Shown here: in pieces, positions 10,775 through 24,922 of the stretch
How the letters are laid out: each line of letters begins with the position of its first letter
Position numbering within the stretch: position 1 is the first letter of the stretch
Origin: Planctomycetota bacterium
GTDB taxonomy: Bacteria; Planctomycetota; Planctomycetia; Pirellulales; Lacipirellulaceae
DNA length: 38,850 bases
Direction of reading: 5' to 3'
NCBI GenBank assembly: GCA_039190745.1
Contig: JBCCXZ010000036.1
Coordinates: 1-38,850, forward strand
Position numbers and translations under genes: made by a program
The notes under the pieces: generated by a model
What the model saw: the letters and a program-made list of their open reading frames with translations, nothing else
Told to the model about the DNA's origin: nothing
Databases searched by the model: none

Positions 10775-11550
10775 CCCGTCCACTGCTTCAGCAGCTTCTG
10801 AACCTCGCTCGCCGATTCTTCGGTGAACATCGGGCCATCGGCCAAGCGGACGCGGCGGCTGTCTTTCGTTCGGATCGATAGGAAGTAGCTCTCGGGTAAC
10901 TGTGAGTGGCGGCTGCCCAAGCGGAAGACCCTCTGCTCGAAACCGTCAACCTGATTCAGCGCGACGGTTTCCGCCCGTCGGCGGAACGGCAGCAGCCACC
11001 GCCGGTTGGCGACCTCTATTTGCTTTGCCGGTCGGTCTACGGTGATCGTCGACGTTTGCAGAAAGGCGAGGCAGTAGTAGCCGCCGACCAGGCACATTGC
11101 GCCGAGGGCGAAGCCGATCCACATCAGGCCCGTGCTCGAACGGTAGTCTAGGTCGCTGCCGCCAACGAGCGCGGCCTGCATCTGCTCCGCGAGTGCGGCC
11201 TTCTGGTCGCCGTCGAGGCTGGCCACCGGGATCGGAAACTCGTCGGAACTGGTGACGACATTCACTTCGTAGCTGCGTGAGATGCCGTAGTTGTAGATCT
11301 TCGTGTTAACCGCCTCGATTTCGGTCGCGGCTGCTTCACGTCGTTCGATCGCGAAGCGGCCGAGGAAGAGCTGCTCGGCAGCCAGCCCTTCGGAGCCAAC
11401 CTCAATGCGAGTAACGCAACCGAGCGCCCACACCGTACCCACGCCCCCACAGAGTAACGCCAACCCAAACAGGAGCATCCACGGCACCCCTTTCGGCGTC
11501 AGCTTGAACGCAAACTGGTCGGGGTCATTGCATGTTGTCGTGAGCTTCAT
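10771..11550 (-). CDS. Hypothetical membrane protein
   Basis: 259 aa with two hydrophobic segments, each followed by a beta-rich soluble region; coupled to the next gene. Confidence 0.7.
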   Translation of the reverse strand: MKLTTTCNDPDQFAFKLTPKGVPWMLLFGLALLCGGVGTVWALGCVTRIEVGSEGLAAEQLFLGRFAIERREAAATEIEAVNTKIYNYGISRSYEVNVVTSSDEFPIPVASLDGDQKAALAEQMQAALVGGSDLDYRSSTGLMWIGFALGAMCLVGGYYCLAFLQTSTITVDRPAKQIEVANRRWLLPFRRRAETVALNQVDGFEQRVFRLGSRHSQLPESYFLSIRTKDSRRVRLADGPMFTEESASEVQKLLKQWTG

Positions 11551-11602
11551 GCAACCGCGAGCATTGAGGAATAGCGAGTCCAGGTAGCGGGTCTTGGGGG
11601 GC

Positions 11603-13183
11603 TCAGCCCACCGCCACCAGCCCCTGGCTCACGCCCGGCGCCGGCAGCGTGCTTGAGCCCATCAGGTACTGGTCGATCGCCCGAGCGGCGCCGCGGCCCT
11701 CGTTGATCGCCCACACCACCAGACTCTGGCCCCGGCGGCAGTCGCCCGCGGCGAACACGCCCTCGACGTTCGTGGTGAACTCGCCGTGCTCGGCGGCGAA
11801 CGTCTTCCAGTTGCCGCGGGGGTTCTGCGTCTCCAGGCCCAGCATCTCGCCAACGGTCAGCTCGGGGCCTACAAAGCCCGTGGCCAGGAACACCAGGTCG
11901 GCCGGCCACACCTTCTCGCTGCCGGGCACCTCGCTGAACGGCGGGCCGTTCTCCACCGGCTTCGACCAATCGACCTGCACCGTCTTCACGCCCGAGACGC
12001 TGCCGTTGCCGTCGTCCACAAACTCCTTGGTGAGCGTCTCGTACACCCGCGGGTCGTCGCCGGTCTTAGCGCGGAGCTCGGCGTGCGAGTAGTCCACGCG
12101 GTACACGAAGGGCCACTGTGGCCAAGGGTTGTGCTCGGCCCGGTCCTCCGGCGGCTGCTTCACGAGCTCGAGGTTCACGATGCTCGTCGCCCCGTGCCGC
12201 AGCGAGGTGCCAATGCAGTCGGCCCCTGTGTCGCCGCCGCCGATGACGATCACGTTCTTGCCCTTGGCCGAGAGGTACGAACCGTCGGCCAGCTCCGAAT
12301 CGGCCAGGCTCTTCGTGTTGCGGGTGAGGAAGTCCATCGCGAAGTGGACGCCCTTTAGGTCGCGCCCCGGCGCGCGGCCGGTGGGGTCGAACGGCTTGGT
12401 CGCCCCGGTGGCCATCAGCACCGCGTCGTACTCGTCGACCAGGTGCTGCGGGTCGATGAACTTCATCTCCAGGCCGCGCTCCTGCATGATCTGCGTCATG
12501 TGGCCGGGCTCGAAGTCTTCCTCCTTGCCGACGTGGGCGCACGTGACGAACTCGACCCCTTCTTCGCGGAGCAGGTTCACGCGGCGCTCGACGACGCCCT
12601 TGTCGAGCTTCATGTTGGGGATGCCGTACATCAACAGGCCCCCGATGCGGTCGGCCCGCTCGTAGACGGTCACCTGGTGGCCGACCTTGTTGAGCTGGTC
12701 CGCCGCGGCGAGCCCCGCCGGGCCACTGCCGACGATGGCGACCCGCTTGCCGGTGCGCTCCTCGGGGGGGTCGGCCACGACCCAGCCCTCCTCGAAGCCG
12801 CGGTCGATGATCGCGTTCTCGATGTTCTTGATCGTCACCGGCGGATTCGTGATGCCCAGCACGCACGCCCCCTCGCACGGAGCCGGGCAGGCACGTCCGG
12901 TGAACTCGGGGAAATTGTTCGTCTTGTGCAGCCGGTCGAGCGCGTCGCGCCACCGGCCGTGGTAGACCAGGTCGTTCCACTCGGGGATGAGGTTGTCGAT
13001 CGGGCACCCCGTGCCGCTCTGGCAGAACGGCACGCCGCAGTCCATGCACCGCGCCCCCTGCGTGGCGAGTTTCTCCTCGTCGGCGGGGGTGTAGATCTCT
13101 AGGAAGTCCCCGGCCCGCTCGATTGGGTCGCGGTAGGGGACGGGGTTGCGGTCGTACTCTTTAAAACCGGTTGGCTTGCCCAT
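11603..13183 (-). CDS. gltD: Glutamate synthase small (beta) subunit
   Basis: MGKPTGF start, [25 protein letters not shown] and [18 protein letters not shown]. Confidence 0.97.
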   Translation of the reverse strand: MGKPTGFKEYDRNPVPYRDPIERAGDFLEIYTPADEEKLATQGARCMDCGVPFCQSGTGCPIDNLIPEWNDLVYHGRWRDALDRLHKTNNFPEFTGRACPAPCEGACVLGITNPPVTIKNIENAIIDRGFEEGWVVADPPEERTGKRVAIVGSGPAGLAAADQLNKVGHQVTVYERADRIGGLLMYGIPNMKLDKGVVERRVNLLREEGVEFVTCAHVGKEEDFEPGHMTQIMQERGLEMKFIDPQHLVDEYDAVLMATGATKPFDPTGRAPGRDLKGVHFAMDFLTRNTKSLADSELADGSYLSAKGKNVIVIGGGDTGADCIGTSLRHGATSIVNLELVKQPPEDRAEHNPWPQWPFVYRVDYSHAELRAKTGDDPRVYETLTKEFVDDGNGSVSGVKTVQVDWSKPVENGPPFSEVPGSEKVWPADLVFLATGFVGPELTVGEMLGLETQNPRGNWKTFAAEHGEFTTNVEGVFAAGDCRRGQSLVVWAINEGRGAARAIDQYLMGSSTLPAPGVSQGLVAVG

Positions 13184-13213
13184 CTTCGTTCTTCTATCGC
13201 TTAGTTCTCGATT

Positions 13214-13242
13214 GTCTCTCGCAAAGGCGCTAAGGCGCAAAG
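13214..13242. repeat. Left arm of a 29-bp perfect inverted repeat flanking the GxxExxY gene
   Basis: GTCTCTCGCAAAGGCGCTAAGGCGCAAAG is the exact reverse complement of 13660-13688. Confidence 0.95.
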
Positions 13243-13251
13243 CTCTTTGGC

Positions 13252-13638
13252 TTAGTTTTCGCTCAGGGCGTTTGCGATACGTGTAATCCCAGTCTTGATG
13301 AGTTCTTCATTGAAGTTGATGAGGAGACCGAGGCGTTTGTCCATGAGCCGCAAGTATGTCAGCAACTGCTTCTTATGCACGTTGGTGACGGTCTCGACGG
13401 ATTTGATCTCGACAATAACCTTGCTCTCCACCAACAGGTCTAGTCGATAACCCTCTTCAAACCGCAGTCCTTCGTATCTCACTGGCACAACGACTTGTCG
13501 CTCTACCTGGAATCTCCTGTTCTTCAGCTCGTATTCCAATACCGTCTCGTACACAGACTCCAGCAACCCGGGCCCAAGAGCCTTGTGGACCTTGAAAGCA
13601 GCGTCCACTATCACTCGAGAGATCGGATTCTCATCCAT
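13252..13638 (-). CDS. GxxExxY protein (PD-(D/E)XK nuclease superfamily, PDDEXK_3)
   Basis: [31 protein letters not shown] and QLLTYL...GLLINF motifs; lower GC than flanks. Confidence 0.95.
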   Translation of the reverse strand: MDENPISRVIVDAAFKVHKALGPGLLESVYETVLEYELKNRRFQVERQVVVPVRYEGLRFEEGYRLDLLVESKVIVEIKSVETVTNVHKKQLLTYLRLMDKRLGLLINFNEELIKTGITRIANALSEN

Positions 13639-13659
13639 TGCACTCTCTCTTGTCTTCTT

Positions 13660-13688
13660 CTTTGCGCCTTAGCGCCTTTGCGAGAGAC
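13660..13688. repeat. Right arm of the 29-bp perfect inverted repeat
   Basis: CTTTGCGCCTTAGCGCCTTTGCGAGAGAC, separated by 1 nt from the gltB stop codon. Confidence 0.95.
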
Positions 13689-13689
13689 C

Positions 13690-18360
<4,671 letters not shown>

Positions 18361-18378
18361 AGGTCTACTTCTCTTGTC

Positions 18379-19308
18379 TTAACGACTCTCTTGCATGTGC
18401 GTTGCGCCGGCGGGCGACACGGTTGCCTGGGTATCTTCGATCAGCAGAGCGACGAACTCCTTCGCCACTTCGCTCAAGGATCGGTCGCGCCGGTGGATCA
18501 GCCCCACCGGCCGTGTGATGGGGGCCCCTTCGAGACGGACCGTCTGCAGCGAACTCAACGCGATCTCCCGCTCAAGGGTCGGCTCGGGAAGGATGCTCAC
18601 CCCCGCATCGATCTCGATCGCCCGCTTGATGGTTTCGGTGTTGTCGAACTCCAACGCGACATTCACCTCGATGCCCTCCGACTGCAGGGCCTGGTCGACC
18701 GCCTGACGGATCGCCAAGTCGGACTCGAATGCCACAAACGAGGTGCCGGCCAACGCGTGCAACTCGACCGAGTCGCACCCGGCGAGCGGGTGCTGCGGGT
18801 GGCAGACGAGCACCAGCGGCTCGCTCCGCCAGTCGATCACGGCCAGATCGTGCGTCTCCTGCGGGTAGCTCATGATGCCGAGGTCGACCTCTCCGGCCTG
18901 CACCACTTCCATGACCCGCGAGGGATGCAAGTAGTCGAGCCGCACTTGGGCCCGAGGGTGCTCTTCTTTGAACCGCTCCAGGAACTTGGTCATATGTGCC
19001 AGCCCGACCGAATAGATCGACGCGAGCACCAGCTTCCGTGCCGCCTCGTCGTGCAGCGAACGGACCTCCTGCTCGAGGTCGTAGTACCGGCGGACGACGT
19101 CCCGGCTGCCCTCGTAGTACCGCTTGCCCTCGGCCGTCAGTTCGAAAGGGCGCGTCGAGCGGTCCAAGAGCTTCACGCCCAACCGCTCTTCGAGCTGCTG
19201 CACGAGCTGGCTGGCGGTCGACTGCGACATGTCATTGTCTTCGGCGGCGCGCGAAAAGCTCCGCCGGGCGATGACGTCGCAGTAGACTTTGAGGGCCTTA
19301 ATCTGCAT
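18379..19308 (-). CDS. LysR-family transcriptional regulator (probable glt regulator)
   Basis: SFSRAAEDNDMSQSTASQLVQQLEERLGVKLLDRS helix-turn-helix plus substrate-binding domain; directly upstream of gltB on the same strand. Confidence 0.95.
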   Translation of the reverse strand: MQIKALKVYCDVIARRSFSRAAEDNDMSQSTASQLVQQLEERLGVKLLDRSTRPFELTAEGKRYYEGSRDVVRRYYDLEQEVRSLHDEAARKLVLASIYSVGLAHMTKFLERFKEEHPRAQVRLDYLHPSRVMEVVQAGEVDLGIMSYPQETHDLAVIDWRSEPLVLVCHPQHPLAGCDSVELHALAGTSFVAFESDLAIRQAVDQALQSEGIEVNVALEFDNTETIKRAIEIDAGVSILPEPTLEREIALSSLQTVRLEGAPITRPVGLIHRRDRSLSEVAKEFVALLIEDTQATVSPAGATHMQESR

Positions 19309-19587
19309 CGGTGTCTTCGTCTTGCGCGGGGACGCAGGATTGGTGCGTGAAATCTCTCGGGCCTCTGCGCGGAGTCTTCCCGAGAGAAGCATCTCCAAGC
19401 GGGCGGTTAATCCGGCGGGCGGTTTTCATTGACCACCCAGCCGAATCGCTCGTTTGCCCAGTCGGCTGGGCAGATCTACACAACCCCGGCGGCGGGCGAG
19501 TGGAGGAGCCGTCGGAGTGACGCCCCTGCGTCAACGCCGCGTGCCCGCCCGCGAGAACCTCCGGGTGTTCTCTCGAACCGCTGATCC

Positions 19588-19665
19588 ATCGTGAGAGCCG
19601 ATACCGCTTGCCGCCAGGATCGGAAATCGAGATAGTAGAGTAGCCGCTGCGCATCAGCGGGTCAA
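19588..19665 (-). promoter_or_regulatory. Sigma70-type promoter with two LysR-type boxes
   Basis: Minus strand TTGACC (19665-19660), 17-bp spacer, TACTCT (19642-19637). ATC-N9-GAT at 19619-19633 and 19588-19602. Confidence 0.55.
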
Positions 19666-19708
19666 GCTGGCCCGGCAAGGACCTCTCGGCCACTAACAGT
19701 AAGGCCGT

Positions 19709-20281
19709 TTAGGCCGAGAAACCGATCCGCGCGTAGACATCTGCCAAACGGATAGTGGCTCCCAAGGACGCTAGCTCAATACGACCTTCCGGCCCAGCGG
19801 CATCGCTTAGCAGCCAATGGTCGCCCCCCTGGCGCGCGTAGTGTTCGACCCGCGGCTCGTTCTGCGAGACGATCAGGTACTCCTGCAGGGAAGCGAGTTG
19901 GCGGTAATGGCCCGATTTCCTACCCCGGTCGTAGCTCTCGGTCGATTCGGAGAGCACCTCAATTAGCACGGTGGGGTTTAGGAGCGTGTCGAGCACGTCG
20001 TCTTCGAATTCGGGCTTCTCGCACGTGACGACCACGTCGGGGTAGGTGTAGAAGGAAGTGGTGACCTTCACACGCATCGAACTTGCGTAGACCTCGTAAG
20101 GCCGATCAGAGACTGCTTCCATAAGCAGACGCACTAAGCTAGCGACGATCAGATTATGCGGGCGCGACGCGCCCGACATCGGAAGCATCTCGCCCGCACG
20201 GAATTCGCTCTTGTACTCCGCTGCGCGCTCAGTCTTGAGGTATTCGGACGAAGTCAACGTCCGTGGCTGTTGAGGAGTCAA
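19709..20281 (-). CDS. Uma2-family (DUF820) putative endonuclease
   Basis: EYL..ER..E.KSEF, MSGAS..HN, YTYPDVVV, P.VLIEVLSEST.SYDRG.K and SLQEYLIVSQ. Confidence 0.93.
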   Translation of the reverse strand: MTPQQPRTLTSSEYLKTERAAEYKSEFRAGEMLPMSGASRPHNLIVASLVRLLMEAVSDRPYEVYASSMRVKVTTSFYTYPDVVVTCEKPEFEDDVLDTLLNPTVLIEVLSESTESYDRGRKSGHYRQLASLQEYLIVSQNEPRVEHYARQGGDHWLLSDAAGPEGRIELASLGATIRLADVYARIGFSA

Positions 20282-20362
20282 GCTATCCTCCGATATGAAC
20301 CCTGAGTGGCTGGCGAACGGCCGCAGGCCGCTCGTAGTTTTTTAGCTGCCAGTAGGACCACA

Positions 20363-20998
20363 TCAAATGGATTCTATGCCACCCTTCGTCAACTCGCCCA
20401 GCAATAGAAAGTCCCCGCTATCGAAGCCAATGGCCACCCCAAGCCGGTCTGAACGGCCCAAGATCAGTGACGGTTCGATCTGCTCGAGCAGCTCACGAAC
20501 TGTGAATGCGCCAAAACCCAAGCAAAGTGGATACTCCGCGTCGTTGCCCAAGCAGCCCTCTTTGTCTGTGGCCTGAGGGCTTCGCCGATAGGCGATCGAG
20601 TAAAGCTCCGCCAGGACCGTCGAGTTCGCGTAGCGTGAATCGGGCCACCAGTCCGGGCCACATGCCCAACTGTTGTCGTGAGGATCCGGTTCGAACCGCT
20701 CCGAACCGCACACGTACATATCCGCTACCGGCGTGTTGTCTTCTAAGCACGGATTAAACAAACCGAACCAAAGTCCCCTTAGCGGTACCGGGGGCGGCTC
20801 CTCACGAAACGGCTCTTGGACCCAGTCGATCAGAGGCGACAAGTCGCCGTAGGGCAACTCGCGCAGCTTGCTCCAATCAGGGTGTGGGCGTCCGTGCTCG
20901 CACTCATCGATCAAGGCTAACATTGACTCGGCGACTGAGAGCTTGTGGGAGACCAAGTCGGCGATTAAACCGTGCATCTGCGCCAGATCGAACCCCAT
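20363..20998 (-). CDS. Hypothetical protein
   Basis: 211-aa acidic ORF with a strong GAGGAGGTGAGG RBS region before ATG 20998; family not recognised. Confidence 0.75.
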   Translation of the reverse strand: MGFDLAQMHGLIADLVSHKLSVAESMLALIDECEHGRPHPDWSKLRELPYGDLSPLIDWVQEPFREEPPPVPLRGLWFGLFNPCLEDNTPVADMYVCGSERFEPDPHDNSWACGPDWWPDSRYANSTVLAELYSIAYRRSPQATDKEGCLGNDAEYPLCLGFGAFTVRELLEQIEPSLILGRSDRLGVAIGFDSGDFLLLGELTKGGIESI

Positions 20999-21024
20999 CC
21001 TCACCTCCTCAGCCAAAGAACCCG

Positions 21025-22161
21025 CTACCGCTCCGGCAGCTTCTCGAACTCGTACCCATGGCCCCGGTCGCGGAGCACCTCGGCCTTCACGATCTTGTCC
21101 GGGGCGACCCGGCTCGGGGCCTGGGGGTCGATTCGCTTGAGCGACGCGGCGACATCCATGCCCTCGACGACGCGGCCGAACACGGTGTGCCGGCCATCAA
21201 GAAAATCGGTCGGCACGAAAGTCAGGAAGAATTGCGAGCCGCCGGTGTCGCGGCCCGCGTGGGCCATGCTCAGGCTGCCGCGGAAGTGGTGCCGGTAGTT
21301 GGGCTGGTGGCACTCGCACTTGATGTTGTAACCCGGCCCGCCCGAGCCGGTGCCCGTCGGGTCGCCCCCCTGGGCCATGAAGCCCGGCAGCACGCGGTGG
21401 AAAACGACGCCGTCATAGAAGCCCTTCTTCACCAGCGAGAGGAAGCTCGCCGTGGCTACCGGCGCTTCGTTCTCGAACAGCTCGATCACGACTTCGCCCT
21501 TGGAGGTGGTGAGCTTCACGCGCGGCAGGTCGTCGGCCGCGGCTTCGGCGGCGCGGATCTGCTGCTCTTTCTCCCAGTTCTTGCGGAGCGTTGCGAGGTT
21601 GCCGCCCATGCTTCCCGCGAGCTGAGCCACCCGCGGGTCGCCGCCCTGCGCGGACGACTGCCCTGCCTTCGCGAAGTAGACCTCGGCCTTGTCGAAGTCG
21701 TTGGTCGCCGCGGCCGCTACGCCGGCCCAGCTGTAGAGCTGCCCCCACGACTCGGCTGCGCCCGCCTCGATCAACGCCTCGACCAGCGGCAGCGCCTTCT
21801 CATACTGGTCGCCGCCGTCCCCCGCGGGGTCCCCGGCGATGAAGAAGCTGGCGATCGCTGCGAGCGTGTCGCCCACCTGCGCGTACTTGGCAGGGTCGAG
21901 TTGGTAGACCTCCAGACCCTTGGCCACGATCTGGTCGACCATCTGCAGCGCCTCGCCCCGCAGCCGGGCTTGCTCGGCCGGGTCGCGTGCGGCGCCGATC
22001 TGTTGGGTCTTCTGGCCCCACTCTGCGATGAGCGCGTTGAACTCTGCAGCAGCGGGGTCGGCCGTCGCCGCCACCAGCGCGGTCGCCGGCCGCGAGGCCA
22101 GGCCAACCATGAAGAGGGCCGTGAGCAGCAGAACCGTAGGGATATGTCGCGTGAAAGCCAT
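21025..22161 (-). CDS. Cyclophilin-type peptidyl-prolyl isomerase with signal peptide and helical (TPR-like) N-terminal region
   Basis: FYDGVVFHRVLPGFMAQGGDP.GTGSGGPG, LSMAHAGRDTGGSQFF and LDGRHTVFGRV. Confidence 0.95.
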   Translation of the reverse strand: MAFTRHIPTVLLLTALFMVGLASRPATALVAATADPAAAEFNALIAEWGQKTQQIGAARDPAEQARLRGEALQMVDQIVAKGLEVYQLDPAKYAQVGDTLAAIASFFIAGDPAGDGGDQYEKALPLVEALIEAGAAESWGQLYSWAGVAAAATNDFDKAEVYFAKAGQSSAQGGDPRVAQLAGSMGGNLATLRKNWEKEQQIRAAEAAADDLPRVKLTTSKGEVVIELFENEAPVATASFLSLVKKGFYDGVVFHRVLPGFMAQGGDPTGTGSGGPGYNIKCECHQPNYRHHFRGSLSMAHAGRDTGGSQFFLTFVPTDFLDGRHTVFGRVVEGMDVAASLKRIDPQAPSRVAPDKIVKAEVLRDRGHGYEFEKLPER

Positions 22162-22355
22162 GGGGAGTCCCTTCGCGTAATGTGATTGCCTGGGCGGGAC
22201 GGCGGGAGCGTCCTGGGAGATCGCCGCTTGGCGGCGGTCCTCTGGTAAGATGCCTATGGCCGCGACCACGTCTCGACCCCGCCACGCCGCTTAAGATATC
22301 AGAATCACCCACCCACCGGCAGGCGACCGCCCTGCTGGGCCCACGAATCCGCCGC

Positions 22356-23072
22356 ATGCCGACTAAGAAACGCGCCCCCAAGCCGCACCGAGACGCCGAC
22401 CCGCCAGCCGATCTCCGCATCATCGGAGGCAGCATGCGAGGCCGCAAACTCACCTACGGCGCCCACGAAGCCGCGGACGGGTCGATGGTCACCCGGCCCA
22501 TGAAACACCGCGTCCGCGAGTGCATCTTCAACCTCATCAGCACCGAGAGCAAAGGCCGCCACGCGATCGACCTGTTCGCCGGCACCGGTGCGCTGGGGCT
22601 CGAAGCCCTCAGCCGCGGCGCGCCGACGGCCACCTTCGTCGAGAAGCACGTCCCCAGCGCCCGCGTGGTGCAGGCCAACATCGACGCGCTTCAGGTCGCC
22701 GACCGCTGCGAACTGCTCACCACCAGCGCCTTCCTCTGGGGCCAGCGCGACCTCCCAAACGCAGAGTTCGGAATAGCGCACGCAGAATCCGAAGCCGAAG
22801 AGCCCGAAATCCGCAATCCGCAATCCGCAATACCTTGGCTCGTCTTCTGCAGCCCGCCGTACGCGTTTTACATCGACCGCGCGGACGATATGCTCACGCT
22901 CATCACGGCCGTGTACAACCGCGCCCCGCAGGGCAGCATCCTGCTCGTTGAGGCGGACGAACGGTTCGACTTTCAGCAACTGCCCGCCGACGACTGGGAC
23001 GTGCGCACCTACCCGCCTGCGGTGGTGGGCGTCCTCCGCAAGACGGCCTCCGCCCCGGAGCAACCATCGTGA
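22356..23072 (+). CDS. rsmD: RsmD-family 16S rRNA methyltransferase, with a ~25-aa insertion
   Basis: LRIIGG..RGRKL, TRPM..RVRE.IFN, DLFAGTGALGLEALSRGA and FCSPPY. Confidence 0.9.
   Translation: MPTKKRAPKPHRDADPPADLRIIGGSMRGRKLTYGAHEAADGSMVTRPMKHRVRECIFNLISTESKGRHAIDLFAGTGALGLEALSRGAPTATFVEKHVPSARVVQANIDALQVADRCELLTTSAFLWGQRDLPNAEFGIAHAESEAEEPEIRNPQSAIPWLVFCSPPYAFYIDRADDMLTLITAVYNRAPQGSILLVEADERFDFQQLPADDWDVRTYPPAVVGVLRKTASAPEQPS
22808..22831 (+). repeat. (AATCCGC)x3 heptamer tandem repeat inside rsmD
   Basis: AATCCGC AATCCGC AATCCGC AAT, encoding IRNPQSAI. Confidence 0.9.
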
Positions 23073-24040
23073 AGACCCTCGCTTACTACGCGCTTGTAGC
23101 GGTGCTGCTCGCCCTGTCCACGGCCCGAGCCGACGACCCGCAAGAGGCCCCACGAGAGGACCCCGTGACCACCGAAGTCATCACCCTGTGGGGCGACCCG
23201 GCCCCCGGCTCGGAGGGCTACGACCAGCCGGAAGAGGTCGAAGAACGCGGCACGCCCGAGCGGGCGAACGGCTGGCTCACCGGCGGCGCCACGCCGACCC
23301 TCACCGTCTACGTCGCCCCCGAAAATCGCCGCAGCGGAGCGGCCGTCGTCGTCTGCCCCGGCGGCGGTTACACGGGGCTCGCCATCGACAAAGAGGGGCA
23401 CGAGCTCGCCCGTTGGTTCGCCGAACGCGGCGTCACCGGAGCCACGCTCAAGTACCGCTGCGGCGGCGGCGCCCACCAGCATCCCGTGCCGTTGGCCGAC
23501 GCCCAGCGGGCGCTGCGGCTGATGCGGTCGAAGGCGGAAGACTGGGGCGTCGACGCCGACAAGATTGGCATCGCCGGCTTCTCCGCCGGCGGGCACCTCG
23601 CTTCCTCGGCCGCCACGCACTACGACGACGTGCTCAAGATCGACGACCCGCTCCGCGGAGACGTCTCCGCCAAGCCCGATTTCCAAGTCCTCGTCTACCC
23701 GGTGATCTCGATGGACGCCGACATCACCAACGGCGGCTCGCGGCAGCGGCTCCTCGGGGACGAACCGCCGCAGGAATTGGTCGACCGCCTGTCTAATGAG
23801 CTCCAGGTGACCGAGGCGACGCCGCCGGCGTTGTTGGTACACGCCTCAGACGACATGGGCGTGCCGGTCGAGAACAGCCTCCGCTTCTACGGAGCCCTCC
23901 GCGCCGCGGGCGTCGACGCCGAGCTGCACGTCTACCGCCGCGGCGGCCACGGCTTCGGCTTCTTCCGCGGCGAGCGGCCCGCCGACCGCTGGCCCGAGGT
24001 GCTCGCCGCCTGGATGCGCGACCGCGGCCTCATGGAGTGA
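23069..24040 (+). CDS. Secreted alpha/beta hydrolase (acetylxylan/feruloyl esterase-like)
   Basis: Signal peptide, PGGGY, GFSAGGH nucleophile elbow, HASDD and GGHGFG; GTGA overlap with the rsmD stop. Confidence 0.9.
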   Translation: MKTLAYYALVAVLLALSTARADDPQEAPREDPVTTEVITLWGDPAPGSEGYDQPEEVEERGTPERANGWLTGGATPTLTVYVAPENRRSGAAVVVCPGGGYTGLAIDKEGHELARWFAERGVTGATLKYRCGGGAHQHPVPLADAQRALRLMRSKAEDWGVDADKIGIAGFSAGGHLASSAATHYDDVLKIDDPLRGDVSAKPDFQVLVYPVISMDADITNGGSRQRLLGDEPPQELVDRLSNELQVTEATPPALLVHASDDMGVPVENSLRFYGALRAAGVDAELHVYRRGGHGFGFFRGERPADRWPEVLAAWMRDRGLME

Positions 24041-24120
24041 CGCCCCGCCCAGAATTCTGGCAAGAAAGCGGCTCCGCCAGCGGATTACCGGCGGACCCAT
24101 TCACCTTTCTGGAGCAACGA

Positions 24121-24303
24121 GTGGACAACGAATTCTACGTCGGCTGGGCCACCTTGATGCTGATCAACGCTGGCATCGCCCAGGGCAAGAACCGCAGCGG
24201 TTTGTCATGGGGAGCACTGTCGTTACTTTTGGGTCCGGTGGCGACGTTTCTGCTTGTGGTGTTCTTCGACAAGCTGCCCGCGAGCGCGATCGAAGCGCAC
24301 TAG
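24121..24303 (+). CDS. Small two-TM membrane protein (60 aa)
   Basis: GTG start after GGAG; VGWATLMLINAGIAQGKNRSGLSW..LSLLLGP.ATF pattern. Confidence 0.75.
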   Translation: MDNEFYVGWATLMLINAGIAQGKNRSGLSWGALSLLLGPVATFLLVVFFDKLPASAIEAH

Positions 24304-24318
24304 CCGCACGGGCCCATC

Positions 24319-24843
24319 ATGCGATCGATACAGACCGTCTGGTTGCCCCTTGCCGCTTTCTTCACCGCGGTTGGATTCTGCATCGGCGATTTGATGGTTT
24401 CGTACGCCGACCTACCCGACCCAGTGGCCAGCCGCTTCGCAGTCGACGGCTCCGCCATCGGGTGGAGCCCGAAGGGCCGATTCCTGACGACCTCTCTGGG
24501 CCTGCTCGCGGCGCTCTCGGCGGTGCTCCTCGGCAGCGCGGGGCTGATGCTCGCGGCGCCAGCCTCGACGATGAACCTACCGAACCGAGGGTATTGGCTG
24601 GCACCCGAGCGGATCGCCGAGACGCGCCGAATGGCCTTCGGCCGCCTGCTCTGGATCATGGCCGCCACGATGCTGCTGATCGCGGCGATCTACCACGGCG
24701 TGCTGCAGGCCAACCTCAACCCGCCGCCGACACTCTCGATGGGGGGTTACCTTATCCCCTACCTGGTCTTCACCGTCGCCTGGCTCGTCGAGTTCTTCTG
24801 GCGTTTCTCGAAGGCGCCGACCGAGCGCGTTGTGGACGATTGA
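24319..24843 (+). CDS. DUF1648-domain membrane protein
   Basis: Y..LPD.VASRF..DG...GW..K and NLPNR.YWLAPER motifs; four TM helices. Confidence 0.85.
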   Translation: MRSIQTVWLPLAAFFTAVGFCIGDLMVSYADLPDPVASRFAVDGSAIGWSPKGRFLTTSLGLLAALSAVLLGSAGLMLAAPASTMNLPNRGYWLAPERIAETRRMAFGRLLWIMAATMLLIAAIYHGVLQANLNPPPTLSMGGYLIPYLVFTVAWLVEFFWRFSKAPTERVVDD

Positions 24844-24922
24844 CGCCCGAGGCTGAGACTTTGGGCAAAGGCAGGCTTCTCTTGAGCATTCTCCGAAACG
24901 CGGCCGGCACATCGGCTCACAA

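Noticed and set aside
13214..13688. Classical IS element or MITE call
   Set aside because: No DDE/HUH/serine transposase and no evident target-site duplication; reported as a candidate cassette instead.
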